Shown here: positions 25,678 to 36,462 of the stretch, one piece after another
Layout: every line of letters starts with the position of its first letter
Position numbering within the stretch: the first letter of the stretch is position 1
From: Neoechinorhynchus agilis
Taxonomy: Eukaryota; Animalia; Acanthocephala
Direction: 5' to 3'
Length of the DNA stretch: 64,000 nt
Assembly (NCBI GenBank): GCA_051530055.1
Contig: CM121341.1
Span: forward strand, 5,372,784 to 5,436,783
Translations under genes and position numbers: made by a program
Notes under the pieces: model-generated
The model's input: the letters and a program-made list of their open reading frames with translations, nothing else
Databases searched by the model: none
What the model was told of the DNA's origin: nothing

Positions 25678-27973
25678 CTACCACGCGCTTTTAAGGCTGA
25701 GGCCGTCGAATGGTTCAAGAGATCCAATTGCAACATCATCTTCAGGATTTAGATGAATCGTTTGATTACAGAAAAACTTAAGAATCACCGAACTACTCAG
25801 CTTTTTGATTTGAACGTTTTCAATGGTCCACCTCATCGCGGATCCAATGTCGTCTGTTGAATTTCCACGAGTTCTTATAATACGAATCCAGCCTTTGACC
25901 GGACAGTCAGTATAGGTGAAAGTCAAGCCGGTAAGCAAATATCCGGATTGTGCAAACAAATTTTGGTATAGATCCAAAGGCAGAATCGCATTATCAGATA
26001 ATCCCCGTTCACCCGTAATTTCCATACTTGCAGCAATTGAACCATCGATGTAACCAATGCACATGGCAGTTGCGATCGAAATTTCGTATTGCTCTAAAAC
26101 ACCTTCGCCCGAATCTTCATACATTGTAATGTGAGGAGTTAGACTTTGGATACTAGCAAACACACCCTCCGTTGATTTTACCTTTGAACTTTTAAGATAT
26201 GGCTGACCTACGTTTATCCGAATTCTATAGCCACCCTCCTCAACACTGAGAAAATGACCAATATCGTACCTTATCGCGGGATCTTCTCCCACACGAACGC
26301 TAATCGATTCAAGAAACCACGTTTGATTCGTTTCGTTGTCTTCAGCTTCGATTTCAATTGCGGTCAATTTACCAATCGAAGCGGCAAAGTACTCGAATAA
26401 ATCCTCGCTACCGTACTCAAATGGACACAATTTATTATCAAGAGCTTCCAAGTAAGCTGAGAAAATAGAGTCCGGTTTTGTTCCGTAAAGAGTTACCTTC
26501 ACAGCTCCGTCAAACGAAGAACGTGGAAGGTATCCGGTTTTCGTTTTTAACGATCGCCTTAATATATCTCAAGAAACTTTGGGCTGAAACCCATCTAAAC
26601 TTATTGAATAATTTAAAGGCAAATCATGTAAATTGACTTTTAAGATTTAACTTCTTGGACACCACCTAATCGCTTATAGAAAATATTTCTTAGCTCACGA
26701 AATGCAGAATAAAAATACGCTAAAAAATAGCGAACATCGCAGGATTTCTACCTTTTTTTTAAAAGACCTCTAAGAACTTTTTAGACTCAAAAAGCATGCA
26801 ATTTATGTATATTTAACACGCTTTCTAATCGCTTATAGAAAATATTTCTTAGCTCACGAAATGCAGAATAAAAATACGCTAAAAAATAGCGAACATCGCA
26901 GGATTTCTACCTTTTTTTAAAAGACCTCTAAGAACTTTTTAGACTCAAAAAGCATGCAATTTATGTATATTTAACACGCTTTCTAATCGCTTATAGAAAA
27001 TATTTCTTAGCACACGAAATGCAGAATAAAAATACGCTAAAAAATAGCGAACATCGCAGGATTTCTACCTTTTTTTTAAAGGCCTCTAAGTTTAAAAATA
27101 GATTAAGGTGTTTCTTATAGAATACCGAACCTCCTCCTTAGCGATCCTTTGCATTTCCTTTGTGTCATATCCTGGGACCGTGTCCAATTCAAGCTCAATC
27201 GTAGTTTTCCGATCGCGATAGTGTTCATCTAACCACCGGAAAACTGGAAAATTGTAAATTCGGATATTATTGTCAGTTGGTGGTTTCGTTAATACATTAA
27301 TCCTATTTACGTACCAAGCCGGAGCTGACCGCTCAGCGCCTTGACTTATCCTCAATTTCACTAAATTACCGAATGCTTGTGTTCGACGAGCTGTAAAGAA
27401 CGATATTCTACCGCTTTCCAGTGGCAAGTATGTCCCTCGGAAGCATGTAAGCAAACTCGCATGGATCTCAAGTCCTTTATTGTCGATCAGGTAAGCATTG
27501 GCAGCCGCTTGAGTACCCGTATACTTCCCTTTGGCTGTTTCCACCATGATAATAAAATCATCCGGATTCGGTTCTTTAACTTCACTTTCAATAATTTCCG
27601 TAAAAGTCGCGCAGACTCCACGATTAGGTTGAATTAGACTGTCGACCCCTATAAAATACTTCTTTAACGTAGTTCGATTAAACACTTCGATGGAACGCAC
27701 GTGCCAACTCTTTGGAAAACTATCTTCACTTCCTAAGATTTCAAATTTAGACAATTGACCGATTTCTTTGTCTTTATGCACATATTTTGTTACGGATCCA
27801 GTGGAAAGTGGAGTTCTAAAGCTCTGAGATTTGCACATTGAAATGAATTCAGACCGTTTTCCTTCGGAGCCATGGAGAATCATGGACAATGGAGGAATTG
27901 GTGCAATCGGAGGACCCACGATTGTGACAATTTGAATTAAATACTCCACCTTTTCGTCGTAATCTATATCCAA
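25678..27973 (-). CDS. Four PLAT/LH2 domains (LOXHD1-like), probably the 3' part of the NME8-like gene
   Basis: Y.I.V.T..G, SWHVRSIEV, AWYVNRINV..FPVFRWLD and WFLESISV are PLAT signatures. No in-frame ATG precedes the first PLAT strand. Confidence 0.8.
26667..27092. repeat. Intronic tandem repeat, about 159 bp x 2.7
   Basis: taatcgcttatagaaaatatttc at 26667, 26826 and 26984. Confidence 0.95.
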
Positions 27974-28172
27974 CGGTTCAAAAAGCTCATCTTCAGCCGA
28001 TCTTGTAACGTCCTCCGTTGCATCTATTGCAAAGGCTTTTCACTTACTAAAGAACGGGCGAATGAACGAAAATTCACACTCTCTCTCTACTTTTAAAAAA
28101 TGAAAAGTTTGAAATTGGCTAATTTACGTGCCACTACTAATCTACTACTGTTAATCGAAAAGGGAACTAAAA

Positions 28173-30167
28173 TTAAAAACAAAAAGCCAGTTGCTTTAAA
28201 TCGGTTCCTCGATCGAATTCACGCAATGATTTAAATCCTCGCACCTTTCCAAAGATCTCCTTGATCATCACTTCAGCTTTCGATGCATCTTCTGAAGCGT
28301 GCAAAGCGTTTTCCACTTCGTCTTTTCCATAAATCGCTCTCAAAGAATTCGGGCTTGAAACCTTTGCGTCCGAGGGTTTAAATGGACCAACAATTTCTCT
28401 TAATGCGTCCACGGCAGTTTCCCTCTTCAACGCCATCACATAACAATCTCCGCTGGCTATGTAATTGACTAAACGTCTGAAATACGACTGGGCTTCATGC
28501 TGTTTATAGAGCTTGTAGATTGTTTTGGACTTTAGTTTCGTTTTCGTTTGCCCAAGGACCGAAAATTTGTTTCTTCGAACAATTTTTGTGATATCGCTCA
28601 ATAGTTCATCCGTATAGCCTGGTTTTAACATCGCCAAGGTTGTTTGAACTGGAAAGAAGATCCCAATCTCAAACCGAGCAGAACTGCGATTAAAAGAGCC
28701 ATGGATGCAATTGACGCCTGTTGCCCATGTATCATACTTTGCCCTCAATCTAGAAGGATTCTTTAATTTTTATGAAAAAGGAACGAAAACTTACGTGTTT
28801 TGCCTACCAGTGAGTTTCTCTTTTGACGCTGGACCGATTAGAGTCTTGAATTCGTTTATTGCATGCGTTTTTTGAAGAACCATTATAGTAGAAGTGGACA
28901 TTGTCATTTCACGAATCAGATTATCGAAATAATATCGATTTCGATGCATTTTATAGAGCCGAATCGCCTCATCTGTAGAGATGGCATACCTTTTCAAAAA
29001 TATTGTAACAAATCCTGCATTTTTGATGTCATTTATAATCTCTTTTTCGTATTTTGCGGCTGCAGTAGGTCGTATGATTGCCAGCGTCCGCTCTTGCCGT
29101 TCAAAGTCGTGGTATGGAATACCGTCGGAAATGTAGCTTCCTTTATAGTCTGGAAATAGAACCTTCATGATTTGGGCAGTATCAGCGTCGCCAAAACTCA
29201 CTTCAACGGCGTCATCCATCGCATTTTTCTCGAATTTCTCTTTAGAGGGATTTAATCTTTCCTTTTTTGAGATACGTGAATTAGAATCAGCAAACATTTC
29301 GCTCAATATAGTGTCCGTAAAAACTCCAGTCCGGCCGCTTGAGACAACTAAAACAATAGATTGTCCTTTCATCATGACCTTTCGCGCTTGAGCTCTATCC
29401 TCTATACTTCTTTGATCTTTACGTTTTATCGTAAAAAATGCTTGAGGAATCCACATTGTAGCCTCTTTCCATATGAATAACCTTTTAGCAATGAAATTCT
29501 TTAAGTCTGACGCTTTTTTAACATCCATACTAATATTTGGTTTTATGATTATTATCCTTGTTGTGAGCTCAACCGGACTCTCTACGATCCAATTATCATT
29601 GTCCAGGCGTTCTCCAATCGAAGACACAATGTTCTCTAGACTATCGCTTTTTGAGACATTGTACACAGTCTTTCCCATGAATATTGGAGCATCCCAAGTC
29701 GTTTCTTTGCCAATGTCATCATCCTGAACGATAGAACTTGATTTCCGAATCGCAAATGGTTCTCTCTTCTTTTCACAATCACTTAAACACTCAATCACGG
29801 TGTTCTCTATTTTGACAATGTCACAATCAACGACAATATCAATCACTTCAGAATCTACAAATATTTGAGTGACTGGGCAACACTTTCCCCGATACGGGAT
29901 TCCTTCAGTGACCTCGTCCTGTAAAACTGTAAAATACAAAACTGGACAGACATTCGACGAAAAACGCTTGATTATCCTTCGGGCGTTGCTAATGAGTGGA
30001 CGAGACGGCCCGGAAAACTCAGGATAAAACTCCACCATTTTTACACCCTTCACTGCAACCATTGCACTGAATTCAGCGTCCGTATGGATGTCCACTCGAA
30101 ACCGATCATCGGCAACCTGGTCCTTATTCTTCTTTGCCTCTTGATCTTTACTTTGAACTTCCTTCAT
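28173..30167 (-). CDS. NME8/TXNDC3-like: thioredoxin-like domain plus three NDK domains
   Basis: VEFYPEFSGPSRP (WCGPC site without Cys), TRIIIIKPN, ERTLAIIRP..NCIHGS and TTLAMLKPG..NALHASE. GT-AG intron at 28750-28794. Confidence 0.85.
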
Positions 30168-30214
30168 GCTTTCTTGCCCAATTTCACATGTACCGTGATT
30201 TTCTATTGGATGGC

Positions 30215-30228
30215 GTTGCTATAGCAAC
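30215..30228. promoter_or_regulatory. RFX X-box (GTTGCTATAGCAAC) with adjacent CCAAT box
   Basis: Perfect palindromic X-box 48 bp upstream of the ATG of a ciliary-type gene. CCAAT on the minus strand at 30205-30209. Confidence 0.75.
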
Positions 30229-30514
30229 CGCTTTTGGTATCGTCCCAACGTAAAAGTTTAAAGAAATGATGCACAATATCATCATTGATTTCGACTGATT
30301 TCTCAACCGTATGTTGTCGTTTCGATCGTAATCTTATTTTAGCAATTTCCGCGATTAAGAACAAATGTTTATTTTGGACCGAAATTTCGGAGTTTCACTC
30401 CTTCCTCAGGGTCCAAAAAATAATGGCAGAGTTAGAACAAAGTCAGTGAGCAACTCAGGCAAAAGTTCCGAGCATGGTACTTAATTGCCGTCGAGAGCCT
30501 CAGTCCTTGATTGC

Positions 30515-32630
30515 GTCTTAAAGATTTTGTAGAAAATCTTCTTTGTCTAATCTCACACCGCTCAAAAAAGAATGCTAAAACTTCTCTTTCTTGTTTACTA
30601 TTAATAATTCATTTCTAAAACGGCTTCTTAAAGATTTTGCAGAAAATCTTTTCTGTCAAATCTCATATCGCTCAAAAAAGAATGCTAAAACTTCTCTTTC
30701 TTGTTTACTATTAATAATTCATTTCTAAAAACGGCTTCTTAAAGATTTTGTAGAAAATCTTCTTTGTCTAATCTCACACCGCTCAAAAAAGAATGCTAAA
30801 ACTTCTCTTTCTTGTTTACTATTAATAATTCATTTCTAAAAACGGCTTCTTAAAGATTTTGTAGAAAATCTTCTTTGCCTAATCTCACACCGCTCAAAAA
30901 AGAATGCTAAAACTTCTCTTTCTTGTTTACTATTAATAATTCATTTCTAAAAACGGCTTCTTAAAGATTTTGTAGAAAATCTTCTTTGTCTAATCTCACA
31001 CCGCTCAAAAAAGAATGCTAAAACTTCTCTTTCTTGTTTACTATTAATAATTCATTTCTAAAAACGGCTTCTTAAAGATTTTGTAGAAAATCTTCTTTGT
31101 CTAATCTCACACCGCTCAAAAAAGAATGCTAAAACTTCTCTTTCTTGTTTACTTTTAATAATTCATTTCTAAAAACGGCTTTAATTTTTTTTTTTTCTAA
31201 AAGGCTCAAGATTTTGTAGAAAATCTTCTTTGCCTTATCTCACACCGCTCAAAAAAGAATGCTAAAACTTCTCTTTCTTGTTTACTATTAATAATTCATT
31301 TCTAAAAACGGCTTCTTAAAGATTTTGTAGAAAATCTTCTTTGTCTAATCTCACACCGCTCAAAAAAGAATGCTAAAACTTCTCTTTCTTGTTTACTTTT
31401 AATAATTCATTTCTAAAAACGGCTTCTTAAAGATTTTGTAGAAAATCTTCTTTGCCTTATCTCACACCGCTCAAAAAAGAATGCTAAAACTTCTCTTTCT
31501 TGTTTACTTTTAATAATTCATTTCTAAAAACGGCTTCTTAAAGATTTTGTAGAAAATCTTCTTTGTCTAATCTCACACCGCTCAAAAAAGAATGCTAAAA
31601 CTTCTCTTTCTTGTTTACTATTAATAATTCATTTCTAAAACGGCTTCTTAAAGATTTTGTAGAAAATCTTTTCTGTCAAATCTCATATCGCTCAAAAAAG
31701 AATGCTAAAACTTCTCTTTCTTGTTTACTATTAATAATTCATTTCTAAAAACGGCTTCTTAAAGATTTTGTAGAAAATCTTCTTTGCCTTATCTCACACC
31801 GCTCAAAAAAGAATGCTAAAACTTCTCTTTCTTGTTTACTATTAATAATTCATTTCTAAAAACGGCTTCTTAAAGATTTTGTAGAAAATCTTCTTTGTCT
31901 AATCTCACACCGCTCAAAAAAGAATGCTAAAACTTCTCTTTCTTGTTTACTATTAATAATTCATTTCTAAAACGGCTTCTTAAAGATTTTGTAGAAAATC
32001 TTTTTTGTCTAATCTCACACCGCTCAAAAAAGAATGCTAAAACTTCTCTTTCTTGTTTACTATTAATAATTCATTTCTAAAAACGGCTTCTTAAAGATTT
32101 TGTAGAAAATCTTCTTTGCCTTATCTCACACCGCTCAAAAAAGAATGCTAAAACTTCTCTTTCTTGTTTACTTTTAATAATTCATTTCTAAAAACGGCTT
32201 CTTAAAGATTTTGTAGAAAATCTTCTTTGCCTAATCTCACACCGCTCAAAAAAGAATGCTAAAATTCTCTTTCTTGTTTACTTTAATAATTCATTTCTAA
32301 ACGGCTCTTAAAGATTTTGAGAAAATCTTTTGTCAATCTCAACGCTCAAAAAAGAATGCTAAAACTTCTCTTTCTTGTTTACTTTAATAATTCATTTCTA
32401 AAAACGGCTCCTTAAAGATTTTGTAGAAAATCTTCTTTGCCTAATCTCACACCGCTCAAAAAAGAATGCTAAAACTTCTCTTTCTTGTTTACTTTTAATA
32501 ATTCATTTCTAAAAACGGCTCCTTAAAGATTTTGTAGAAAATCTTCTTTGCCTTATCTCACACCGCTCAAAAAAGAATGCTAAAACTTCTCTTTCTTGTT
32601 TACTATTAATAATTCATTTCTTAAACGGCG
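30515..32630. repeat. Satellite, 120-bp monomer, about 17.5 copies
   Basis: Repeated aagattttgtagaaaatctt..ctcacaccgctcaaaaaagaatgc. The last unit overlaps the ISOC stop codon. Confidence 0.98.
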
Positions 32631-33294
32631 GCAATAGAGTCTTAAAGAGAGATTGAGCTTCCTTAAATTGGGGATGCGCTGCATCTTTGAACAATTGAAA
32701 AATGGCCGATTCAAGTGTTGTTAAATATGCTCCAGCATCCCTGGCCCGTTTAAGACCATACTTTCGATCCTGCATTGACCTCGAAGAAATCGAATCAACG
32801 GGTAAATGGACGTCAAAATCCTCATCCAGAAAGTCAAGCACGGTCTGAAGAACGCAAACATGAGCCTCAATTCCGACCACAATTAGGGAACTTATTTTAG
32901 CATCGGCTAACATTTGTTTGACTTTAGGTTCCGCCATTGAAAACCTTGTCTTTTCTATTATCGGTACATTCTTATCGAGAATTTCTGTAAGTTCGGGAAT
33001 TGTATGTCCTAGTCCACGAGGGTATTGTTCAGTGACAATTACTGGCAGTTTCATTATCTTGGCACACTTAATGGCTCTTTGACAGTTCTCGATCATTGTA
33101 TCGACATTAGCGATATGGGCTTTAAATTTCTCCTGTACATCACATACTAGAACCGCAGTAGAGTCCATGTGAAGGAGCATGGACCGTTGAGCATTTGAAA
33201 TGCCTGGACGCAGAGTTCGGAACAAATTGGGAGTTATGGAGTTGACGAATGAGAACATTCTAGAATGCAAAGTGGTAAATCGTTGATACAACAA
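32614..33294 (-). CDS. ISOC2: Isochorismatase domain-containing protein (ISOC2-like), intronless
   Basis: VLVCDVQEKF, VTEQYPRGLGHTI, KTRFSM, GIEAHVCVLQTVLD, D..SSRS..DR and ESAIFQL. Confidence 0.88.
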   Translation of the reverse strand: MLYQRFTTLHSRMFSFVNSITPNLFRTLRPGISNAQRSMLLHMDSTAVLVCDVQEKFKAHIANVDTMIENCQRAIKCAKIMKLPVIVTEQYPRGLGHTIPELTEILDKNVPIIEKTRFSMAEPKVKQMLADAKISSLIVVGIEAHVCVLQTVLDFLDEDFDVHLPVDSISSRSMQDRKYGLKRARDAGAYLTTLESAIFQLFKDAAHPQFKEAQSLFKTLLPPFKK

Positions 33295-33547
33295 AGAATT
33301 CCGTGGCTTGTGAGAGTGAAGGAGGAGTCGTTTTTGGAGATGTCAGTTGCAAAGAGACAGATGCTTCTTGCTGTCTCGTCCCAAAAATATCATCATCGAG
33401 GCTACGATAAACGTTTTGTTCTAGTTATAAAACTTAAAGCACTATTTTAGTGGCGGCTCTCTTCGAAATTCACAATGTATCCAACCTGGACGTTTAAAAA
33501 TGGCATTTCTCAGGCTTAAAAGCTCCGTCTCATAAAGTCCTTCATCA

Positions 33548-33700
33548 CCTCAGATCTATTGTTTTCTGGTGTAGAGAAATTAAAATGATTTTATTTTTAA
33601 AATCTGATATTTCGGATTTTAAAAATAAAATCATTTTAACTTGTGTACACCAGAAAACAACCTATTTATGAACAATTCAATCTTCAAATCAGATCTATTA
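33548..33700. mobile_element. Palindromic MITE-like element, same family as 16155-16300
   Basis: ttgttttctggtgta..aaaatgattttatttttaaaatc / gattttaaaaataaaatcatttt..tacaccagaaaacaa. Confidence 0.7.
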
Positions 33701-34239
33701 AAAAACTATTCAAATATAACGGATTTACAAATTAGACCAAAAATAATAAAGCAGCATCTTGTCAATAAATGGACAAAAAGAAGAAATCCAAGGTTATTCT
33801 CTGAAGGATTAGCGGTCCAAGTGTTTCAAACACCAGTTTTCTTTAATTCTAGTCTTTAAAAAAGGTCGCCCCTAATGAGAAATAGTTAATTGGGATGCAT
33901 TGGCAATCAGAGCGAAGAATATCTTACAGGTAAAAAATCAATAAAAATAATTTTTGAATTTAGGAAAAAAGAAGTGCTAATGGATTCACGTTTCACATTT
34001 TTCTTGAAGACGAATTCGAAATGTCTCCAAATCGAATAATATGTAAATGTCTCGAGTTTTAAGTTTTACTGGCAAGCCGGTATTGTTGTCATCATTCAAT
34101 TGCCTAAATAAGCCGGACAAGAAAGGGATTGACTAAAATTGAATGTCTCCAGTGTTTAGAAAAACCCTCTCATATCTTTCAAACGCACAGTAACTCATAG
34201 TTGCTTATTAGTCTCTTTTTCTAAGGAAACGTGAGGTTT

Positions 34240-34625
34240 TTAGGACTGTTTAGCAAAGATTTTCTTGCGAATAGCTGCATCCTTTTTAGCACGAGCAAAG
34301 AGATGCTCACAGTTGGTGTATCCAGTACCGAGTCCGAATCCGGCACTCAATAAAACCGGCCATAATCGCCGTCTAAACACGAGAACACTCGCGATGGCAC
34401 CAACTGTGAAGCCGACACCTTTTCGTTGAAGAATTAGTTGGTTTCTTCAAATCACAACTTACCAGTTCGGAACGCTGTATCAGCTAAGCAAATATCCCAT
34501 TTACGACCGTAAACGTCTTCTGATCTCACAAGAGACACTGGATCGATTTTATCGATTTGGTCCAGACTACAATACGGTAAATTTTGTTCCGTTGAAACCG
34601 CAATTTGCTCGGTTGTGGCGGACAT
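34240..34625 (-). CDS. MICOS10: MICOS complex subunit MIC10, 2 exons (missed by the ORF track)
   Basis: SEDVYGRKWDICLADTAFRTG|VGFTVGAIASVLVFRRRLWPVLLSAGFGLGTGYTNCEH. GT-AG intron at 34419-34462. Confidence 0.93.
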
Positions 34626-34814
34626 TTTCTAAAGAACTCATCAGTAAGAAAAAACGTTTATAACCACAGAAAAAAGACGTCTAATTATGGAAAAACGTAA
34701 CAAAAACGCCGTCGCTCGCAACACTGAGCGATGCTTCAAAAGACTAAATTATCACGTCGTTCTTTCGTATGTTCCCAATTTCTTCTTTGTATTTCCTTTG
34801 CTGATCAGAAATAT

Positions 34815-35115
34815 AGATAATTATCAAATAATTGGTTCATTCTCAATGCGAATTAGAAGGTTGATTTCAATAAAACTCGAGTGTGGAAGGACTGACTTAT
34901 TTGATAATTTTCGGCCTTTTTCAGTCTGTTTTTAAACCAAAAAAAGGTTCTTTCATTTACACAACAACAAAACGTTGCAACAATCATTACCGTCCACGAA
35001 GAAGAGGCATCGCTCGCTGCGTTTCCTCTTTGGATCGCGAGACCAATGTTTTGACGCTGGAAGGCACCAGATCTTTGGCCGAAAATTACCAAATAAATCA
35101 ATTATTTGATAATTC
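34815..35115. mobile_element. Fold-back element with nested inverted repeats
   Basis: aattatcaaataattg / caattatttgataatt and gacttatttgataattttcggcc / ggccgaaaattaccaaataaatc. Confidence 0.6.
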
Positions 35116-35494
35116 ACAATAAAAAAAGTTAAAATGATGAACATCTTTACAAAAATAGATATTTCGTGAGACTTCTTTAGGGTTTTCTCCTTTATCTTGT
35201 CAAGACGAGTTAAAGCTTTGGGCAAAAAATGAGAAAATGGTGATCGGCGATGAAAACATCACCGCCTTCTTGCAATCAATGAGAAACTTGGAAATACAAA
35301 TCGATAGCCAGTGGATTTGTTTTATGATTCTTTCTGATCTGCGTAACATTTACGCGTAATCCTCCACGATGCTCTGATTGTGACGTCATACTCGCAAACT
35401 TTTCGACGGGATTTTTCCCTATTGCTCAGGTTCATGAGGCGAACGCTCTTTTTTGGTTCGTTGACTAAATCCAAAAAAACTGTCTTGAAAATTC

Positions 35495-36075
35495 GGTGAA
35501 CTTTGATCACTCGTTTGAACATTGAACTGTTCATATTCTTTTTTGTATGGCCGAAAGTTTGAAGGAATTTCGATTGATTTCCATTGTTTTCGGAGGAGGA
35601 GCAATCTTATGCCTTTATCGAGGTTCCTTGTTAGTTTTCTTAACTATTTAAACTTTGATCACTCGTTTGAACATTGAACTGTTCATGTTCTTTTTTTGTA
35701 TGGCCGAAAGTTTGAAGGAATTTCGATTGATTTCCATTGTTTTCGGCAAGGAACAATCTTGGGTACGCCTTCATCAAAGTTGTTTGTTAGTTTTCTTTAC
35801 TATTTAAACTTTGATCACTCGTTTGAACATTGAACTGTTCATGTTTTTTTGTATGGCCGAAAGTTTGAGGGAATTTCGATTGATTTCCATTGTTTTCGGC
35901 AACGAACAATCTTGTGTACGCCTTCATCAAAGTTGTTAGTTTTCTTTACTATTTAAACTTTGATCACTCGTTTGAACATTGAACTGTTGATGTTCTTTTT
36001 TGTATGGCCGAAAGTTTGAGGGAGTTTCGATTGATTTCCATTGTTTTCGGCAACGAACAATCTTGGGTACGCATT
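35495..36075. repeat. Tandem repeat, about 150-157 bp x 3.7
   Basis: aactttgatcactcgtttgaacattgaactgtt recurs four times. Confidence 0.93.
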
Positions 36076-36462
36076 TATGAATGTTCTGTGTAAGTAGATG
36101 AAAGGAAACTGTGTTTATTCCTTGTAAATTCCTTTACTTTTCCCACCATAAAACCATTATAATTCCGGAGTTCATATTCGTGATGGCACGAAAGGTGAAT
36201 TGGGCACCGTTTCGGAATTGTCTTCATTGCTAACAAAATGTAACAAAATACAATGAAGAATAAACGCTTTTAAGAGACGAATAACCATTTCACCACTTGT
36301 TTTTTACGTCTTCAACAAAACATTATTTACTTGGTGAGGACTTGTAAACAACACTTGTGAAAATCTATACGCTTAAAAGGTTTTTGATTAAAAAATCCGT
36401 TGATTTGGTCGCTGGGATGTTTGTTTTCTCCATAACAGTGAATGCATTCGGCCACCTCGTAG

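Noticed and set aside
28024-28047. 24-nt GT-AG intron as a firm feature
   Set aside because: It is much shorter than the other introns (about 38 nt or more), so it is kept only as one alternative for the NDK-PLAT junction.
32280-32400. Divergent satellite variants (also 42650-42900 and 59480-59560)
   Set aside because: The differences are mostly single-base dropouts in homopolymers, typical of low-coverage long-read consensus.
35495-36075. Hammerhead-like TTGATGAAGGC..GCCGAAA on the minus strand of the 155-bp repeat
   Set aside because: C3 is missing, there is no plausible stem III or cleavage triplet, and the motif is not conserved among copies.
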